Shown here piece by piece: positions 60,140 through 64,000 of a DNA stretch of 64,000 bases (position 1 is the first letter of the stretch; each line of letters starts with the position of its first letter). Both the position numbers and the translations under genes were made by a program. This DNA is from an uncultured delta proteobacterium (lineage in GTDB: Bacteria > Desulfobacterota > Desulfobacteria > Desulfobacterales > JAFDCJ01). The notes beneath the pieces are model-generated. The model searched no databases, was not told the origin of the DNA, and worked only from the letters and a program-made list of their open reading frames with translations. Location of the stretch: NCBI GenBank assembly GCA_963769935.1, contig CAVYNY010000003.1, forward strand, positions 32,001 to 96,000, given 5' to 3'.

Positions 60140-60292
60140 TCAGCTGAAATTTGTCACTTAGCTATTTTAAAATATTTTGTCAATAAAAAATAAACTCCAG
60201 TGAAAAATAATTTCGGCTGCGATCCAGGTTGCGCTTTGCGAATGTTCGCGGGAGTGTTGCTTGGCGGCCGCTCCGACTTCACGCGCCGATTT

Positions 60293-60841
60293 TCATGTCT
60301 GAAGCAGCTTTCTGAACTTAAAAAAATAATCGGCACCCGACCAGATGGTAAATGCCAATGCGCCCCATAAAAAGAAGTTGCCGATCGCTTGGGAATTGAG
60401 TCCAAAAAATGGATAATGGATTAAAAGCGGAATGACGGCGGCGATCTGAAAGCCGGTTTTGTATTTGCCAAGATTGGAGGCCGATACATCTTCCCCTTTT
60501 CCGGCAATAATATTGCGCAATCCGGTAACGGCAATTTCACGTCCGATGATGATGCAAACCATCCAGGCCGGCACCCAACTGAGAGCGGCCAACATAATGA
60601 AGGCGCTTGATACCAACAGCTTGTCGGCTACCGGATCCATCACTTTACCAAGATTTGACACCAGCCCACGGGTTCTGGCAAAATAGCCGTCAAAATAATC
60701 GGTAATCGCCGCGACACTGAAAAAAATCGCGGCCAATGCGGTGCATAACCGATTTGGAAACATCATTAGAATCACAATGATCGGAACGGTAATAACTCTG
60801 AAAAGCGTAAGAGTGTTGGGATGACTTAAAATTTTTTCCAC
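60293..60841 (-). CDS. pgsA: CDP-diacylglycerol--glycerol-3-phosphate 3-phosphatidyltransferase
   Basis: PNTLTLFR, TDYFDGYFAR...LGKVMDPVADK; upstream of tRNA-Gly and tRNA-Cys. Confidence 0.95.
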   Translation of the reverse strand: MEKILSHPNTLTLFRVITVPIIVILMMFPNRLCTALAAIFFSVAAITDYFDGYFARTRGLVSNLGKVMDPVADKLLVSSAFIMLAALSWVPAWMVCIIIGREIAVTGLRNIIAGKGEDVSASNLGKYKTGFQIAAVIPLLIHYPFFGLNSQAIGNFFLWGALAFTIWSGADYFFKFRKLLQT

Positions 60842-60845
60842 CGGA

Positions 60846-61115
60846 CTAATCTTTTTTTTCTGATAAAGCAGCTACATATTTATCTTTGCACTCGACACTG
60901 CAAAAGCACAGGTCTTTTCCGCTGACATTCAAATGTACGGCATTTCTTTTGGGGAAATACGCTTCGCAAAATGGATCTTTTATCATAACATCATCTATCT
61001 CTCCGACGGTTTTGCCGGCCACCGGTTTCGACGTTGGTGCGGCAGGAAACATCCATGCTTTCAACGCGCGGTAAAACACATAGCCGACTACAAATAACAG
61101 GATGATTCTGATCAT
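60846..61115 (-). CDS. Membrane-anchored YHS/TRASH-domain protein
   Basis: N-terminal TM; MIKDPFCEAY...FCSVEC. Confidence 0.85.
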   Translation of the reverse strand: MIRIILLFVVGYVFYRALKAWMFPAAPTSKPVAGKTVGEIDDVMIKDPFCEAYFPKRNAVHLNVSGKDLCFCSVECKDKYVAALSEKKD

Positions 61116-61609
61116 CTGTATTCAATTATCCTCTGGCCCTTTTCATCCAAATCCTCCAAGAGGGATTCCATCGTCCGATGAAGAACGGGATGCTTGATGT
61201 CAGGATCTATATCACAAATGGGCTTTAACACAAAGCGTCTTTTGTGCATCCTGGAATGCGGAACCGTCAGCGTCGGCGAATTCATCACGAGATCATCAAA
61301 TAGGATGATATCCAGATCCAGGATCCTTGGACCGAACCGAATGGTATCTTTGGTCCGACCGGCGGCCCGTTCAATCGATTTAAGTATATTCAATAAGCTC
61401 AGCGGGTCAAGACCGGTCTCAATTTTTACCACATAGTTCACAAACCATTCCTGATCCAGGTAATCAACCGGTTCGGTTCGGTAGATGGGCGATTGATCGA
61501 CCAGTCGGGTATTGCCGCTGCGAATCAGGGCCGCAATGCCCCTGCGGCAGTTTTCAACTTTTTGGCCCAGGTTTGACCCGACGGAGATATAGGCAATGTG
61601 AGGAACCAT
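61112..61609 (-). CDS. folK: 2-amino-4-hydroxy-6-hydroxymethyldihydropteridine diphosphokinase
   Basis: AYISVGSNLG, RFGPRILDLDI, PHSRMHKRRFVLKP. Confidence 0.95.
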   Translation of the reverse strand: MVPHIAYISVGSNLGQKVENCRRGIAALIRSGNTRLVDQSPIYRTEPVDYLDQEWFVNYVVKIETGLDPLSLLNILKSIERAAGRTKDTIRFGPRILDLDIILFDDLVMNSPTLTVPHSRMHKRRFVLKPICDIDPDIKHPVLHRTMESLLEDLDEKGQRIIEYR

Positions 61610-61713
61610 AATTTTAGGCAGTTTAGGCATTTTGAAATTTTAGGCATTCCTTTGAGTGGCTTCTCCTCTCAAGAATCGTGCATGATCGCCAATTCACATT
61701 GCTTACTGGCAAA

Positions 61714-62541
61714 TCAGAACCTCCAGGCATCTTCCCCGAGTTGGGCGATATATATGATGCGTGCATCACCTTCCAGGTACACATTATTGAAGACGTTGTC
61801 GTTTTTATTAAAATGGATCCTCAATAATTCTCCGCTGCGCGTCACCAGGTCGATGGGTGAGTTCCATTTGAATTTGCTTGAAGTGACCAGGGCGCTGGCA
61901 ATCGAACCGGTTCCGCAGGCAAGGGTTTCATCTTCAACTCCCCGTTCGTATGTTCGGATGGCCAGCTGCCCCGGCGCTTGTCGGCAGATAAAATTAACGT
62001 TGGTGCCGGCCGGCGCGAAGGCCTTATGATTTCGTATTTCGCGACCCAAGTTAAAAACATCGATTTCCGCAACGTCATCTTCCATGATGACCACGTGTGG
62101 AACACCGGTATTGATACTGCTCACTGTCAAAGAGCCGTTTTCAAGGTCGATGCCATAGTCCAAGCGCAAATTCATCGGGTCCGGCATCTTAACCTTGGCC
62201 CGGTCCCCCTTGACCTCTCCCGTTATGATCCCGGCATCGGTTTCGAAAGACAGGCTTTCTTTGGCAATTCCGTTGACAAACGCAAACCGTGCAGTACACC
62301 GGGCACCGTTGCCGCACATTTCAGCACGGCTGCCGTCTGAATTGTAAAATTGCCAGCGGAAATCGGCTTTATCAGAAGACTCGATCAGGATCAATCCATC
62401 CGCTCCCACCGACATTTTACGACGGCAAACGTTGCGGATAAACTTCGGCAAATCAATATCGTCAATAATTCGGCTCCGATTGTCGATTATGATAAAATCA
62501 TTGCCGCTGCCACTCATCTTATAAAAGGTAATTGGTTTCAT
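61714..62541 (-). CDS. dapF: Diaminopimelate epimerase
   Basis: KMSGSGNDF, GADG, NSDGSRAEMCGNG, ERGVEDETLACGTG. Confidence 0.95.
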   Translation of the reverse strand: MKPITFYKMSGSGNDFIIIDNRSRIIDDIDLPKFIRNVCRRKMSVGADGLILIESSDKADFRWQFYNSDGSRAEMCGNGARCTARFAFVNGIAKESLSFETDAGIITGEVKGDRAKVKMPDPMNLRLDYGIDLENGSLTVSSINTGVPHVVIMEDDVAEIDVFNLGREIRNHKAFAPAGTNVNFICRQAPGQLAIRTYERGVEDETLACGTGSIASALVTSSKFKWNSPIDLVTRSGELLRIHFNKNDNVFNNVYLEGDARIIYIAQLGEDAWRF

Positions 62542-62587
62542 CTTGATATTTCCGTTATTGTTCGTCAATGTTCGCTTCAAACTCATT

Positions 62588-62646
62588 GGTTTCAGGTGTC
62601 GGTCCATCCGCCGGCCAAAACAACGGCCGATCTGATCAAAAAAGAA
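62588..62646 (-). repeat. Partial copy of the dispersed MITE-like element
   Basis: ttcagg...gccggccaaaacaacggccgatctgatcaaaaaagaaa is near-identical to 38461-38517. Confidence 0.8.
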
Positions 62647-63115
62647 ATTCTACAAAATTGGAATCTCTGCCGGCGATTCCCTCATTGTTGTAAGCCTTGA
62701 CCTTGTAAATGTAGCGATAACCGGGTTCTATGGTTTGAACAAAGATGATAGGCTGCCCGCCGGTTTGACCGCGACCGCCGCCCCGCACCGGAACGTCACC
62801 GATCTTTTTAAAAATTACGGGACAATTGGGACATTCCCTTTCATTGGCGGGTTGCTTGTATTGATAAATTAAAAAGCCGGTCACCGGAGTTTTGGCTTTT
62901 CCAGTTGTTTGGGGAATTGTCCAGCTAAGCTTAATCGTGTTTTCCGAAATGCCGTAGCTCAAATCACTAACCTTCGGCGGTTTATTTCCGCTGGGAGGTT
63001 CCGGAGGTCCCTTCTTGCCGCATCCCAAAACCAGGCCGGCCGCTGTCAACCAGACAACGACCGCGATAGCACCCGCAGTGGCGAAGTTTAGCTTCGTGAA
63101 CGGTATATTGATCAA
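62636..63115 (-). CDS. Lipoprotein (GCGKKGPP, LptM/YifL-like N-terminus) with an FN3-like domain
   Basis: Lipobox VLGC-GKKGPP, LSW, CPNC, YIYKVKAY. Confidence 0.8.
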   Translation of the reverse strand: MINIPFTKLNFATAGAIAVVVWLTAAGLVLGCGKKGPPEPPSGNKPPKVSDLSYGISENTIKLSWTIPQTTGKAKTPVTGFLIYQYKQPANERECPNCPVIFKKIGDVPVRGGGRGQTGGQPIIFVQTIEPGYRYIYKVKAYNNEGIAGRDSNFVEFLF

Positions 63116-63142
63116 GTTCCGGGCTCCTCTGGTCTTGCTGTC

Positions 63143-64000
63143 CTAAAAATGCGGCAAAACTTTTTTGCTTTCAGCCAAAATTTTTTCGGCCTCGGCAATA
63201 GCCCGGCAAACATTCTTGCCGGCTGTACCGCCGTAAGAAGTTCGCCGCTCGATCATCCGGCGGATTTCCAAGTAGGAAAAAACGTCTTCTTGAATTAAAC
63301 CGGAGAAAGTTTGCAATTCCTGCAGGGTCAACTCATGCAGCTCCTTTTTCTTTGAAAGTGCAAAACCGACCGCTTCTCCAACCCGACGATGAGCTTCCCG
63401 AAAAGCAACTCCCCGGTTCACCAGATAGTCGGCCAGATCGGTCGCGTCCAGAAACCCGGTGGAAGCGGCCATTTGCATATTTTCTTTATTGAATTTTATC
63501 TGCGGCAGCATCTCGGTGTAAATCTCAACACAGGCGGTCAAGGTGTCCACCGTTTCAAATAGAGGTGCTTTGTCTTCCTGCATGTCACGGTTATAGGCCA
63601 GCGGCAATGACTTCATTATGATCAACAAGGCTGTCAGGTTGCCGATGACGGCCCCGGTTTTGCCCCTTACCAGCTCAGGGACATCCGGATTTTTCTTTTG
63701 GGGCATGATGCTGCTGCCCGTGGCAAATGAATCCGGCAGTTCAATAAAATTAAATTCCGATGTCGACCACAAGATAAATTCTTCCGACAGGCGGCTGAGA
63801 TGGATCATGCAGATGCCGGCCGCGGCCAAAAATTCAAGAATAAAGTCCCGATCGGATACGGCATCGATGCTGTTGGCCGAAAGGGCCTCAAAGCCGAGAA
63901 GTTCAGCCGTATACTTTCGATCAATTGGATAGGCGGTTCCCGCCAAGGCCGCACAGCCCAGCGGCATCACGTTTATTCGCTGCAGGCCATCCCGGAAGCG
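63143..64000 (-). CDS. argH: Argininosuccinate lyase, C-terminal part (runs off the window)
   Basis: GSSIMPQKKNPD, LPLAYNRDMQEDK, ATDLADYLV, FREAH. Confidence 0.96.
   Translation of the reverse strand, partial: RFRDGLQRINVMPLGCAALAGTAYPIDRKYTAELLGFEALSANSIDAVSDRDFILEFLAAAGICMIHLSRLSEEFILWSTSEFNFIELPDSFATGSSIMPQKKNPDVPELVRGKTGAVIGNLTALLIIMKSLPLAYNRDMQEDKAPLFETVDTLTACVEIYTEMLPQIKFNKENMQMAASTGFLDATDLADYLVNRGVAFREAHRRVGEAVGFALSKKKELHELTLQELQTFSGLIQEDVFSYLEIRRMIERRTSYGGTAGKNVCRAIAEAEKILAESKKVLPHF

Overview
Bacterial chromosomal window. Gene content suggests Desulfobacterota/Desulfobacterales (MglAB, DUF4388-type regulators, a stand-alone spd-type EF-G, a Pfa+Ole cluster); this is inference. Left to right: (1) 1-16.5 kb: the 3' end of a PfaA-like PKS, four interspersed small/accessory genes, a PfaBC-like KS-CLF-AT-(DH)x4 synthase broken by about 10 frameshifts as sequenced, then oleABCD and a stand-alone PocR-domain gene. 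(2) 16.5-33.2 kb: an MltF-like gene remnant, then a co-oriented 15-gene cluster. It holds two ECF sigma/anti-sigma pairs, a Spy/CpxP-like protein, uncharacterised exported proteins, a MotA/TolQ-like plus MotB/ExbD-like pair, a DUF4384 lipoprotein, a lytic transglycosylase, two signal-peptide-bearing caspase-family (C14) proteases with three intact His-Cys dyads, a TPR-OmpA protein and a glycine-zipper lipoprotein. Two classes of repeated ECF-type promoter motif occur within it. This is the best candidate for an undescribed system. (3) 33-41 kb: DHH-CBS protein, ACT + DUF711, a polar amino acid ABC transporter, a USP and rsmG. (4) 41-51 kb: an mglB-mglA-...-TPR-PilB cluster resembling a polarity/motility module. 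(5) 51-64 kb: housekeeping genes (fusA, tRNA-Gly, tRNA-Cys, pgsA, folK, dapF, argH). Intergenic regions carry many heptamer-array inverted repeats and a dispersed MITE-like element. No CRISPR array, integrase or transposase was seen.
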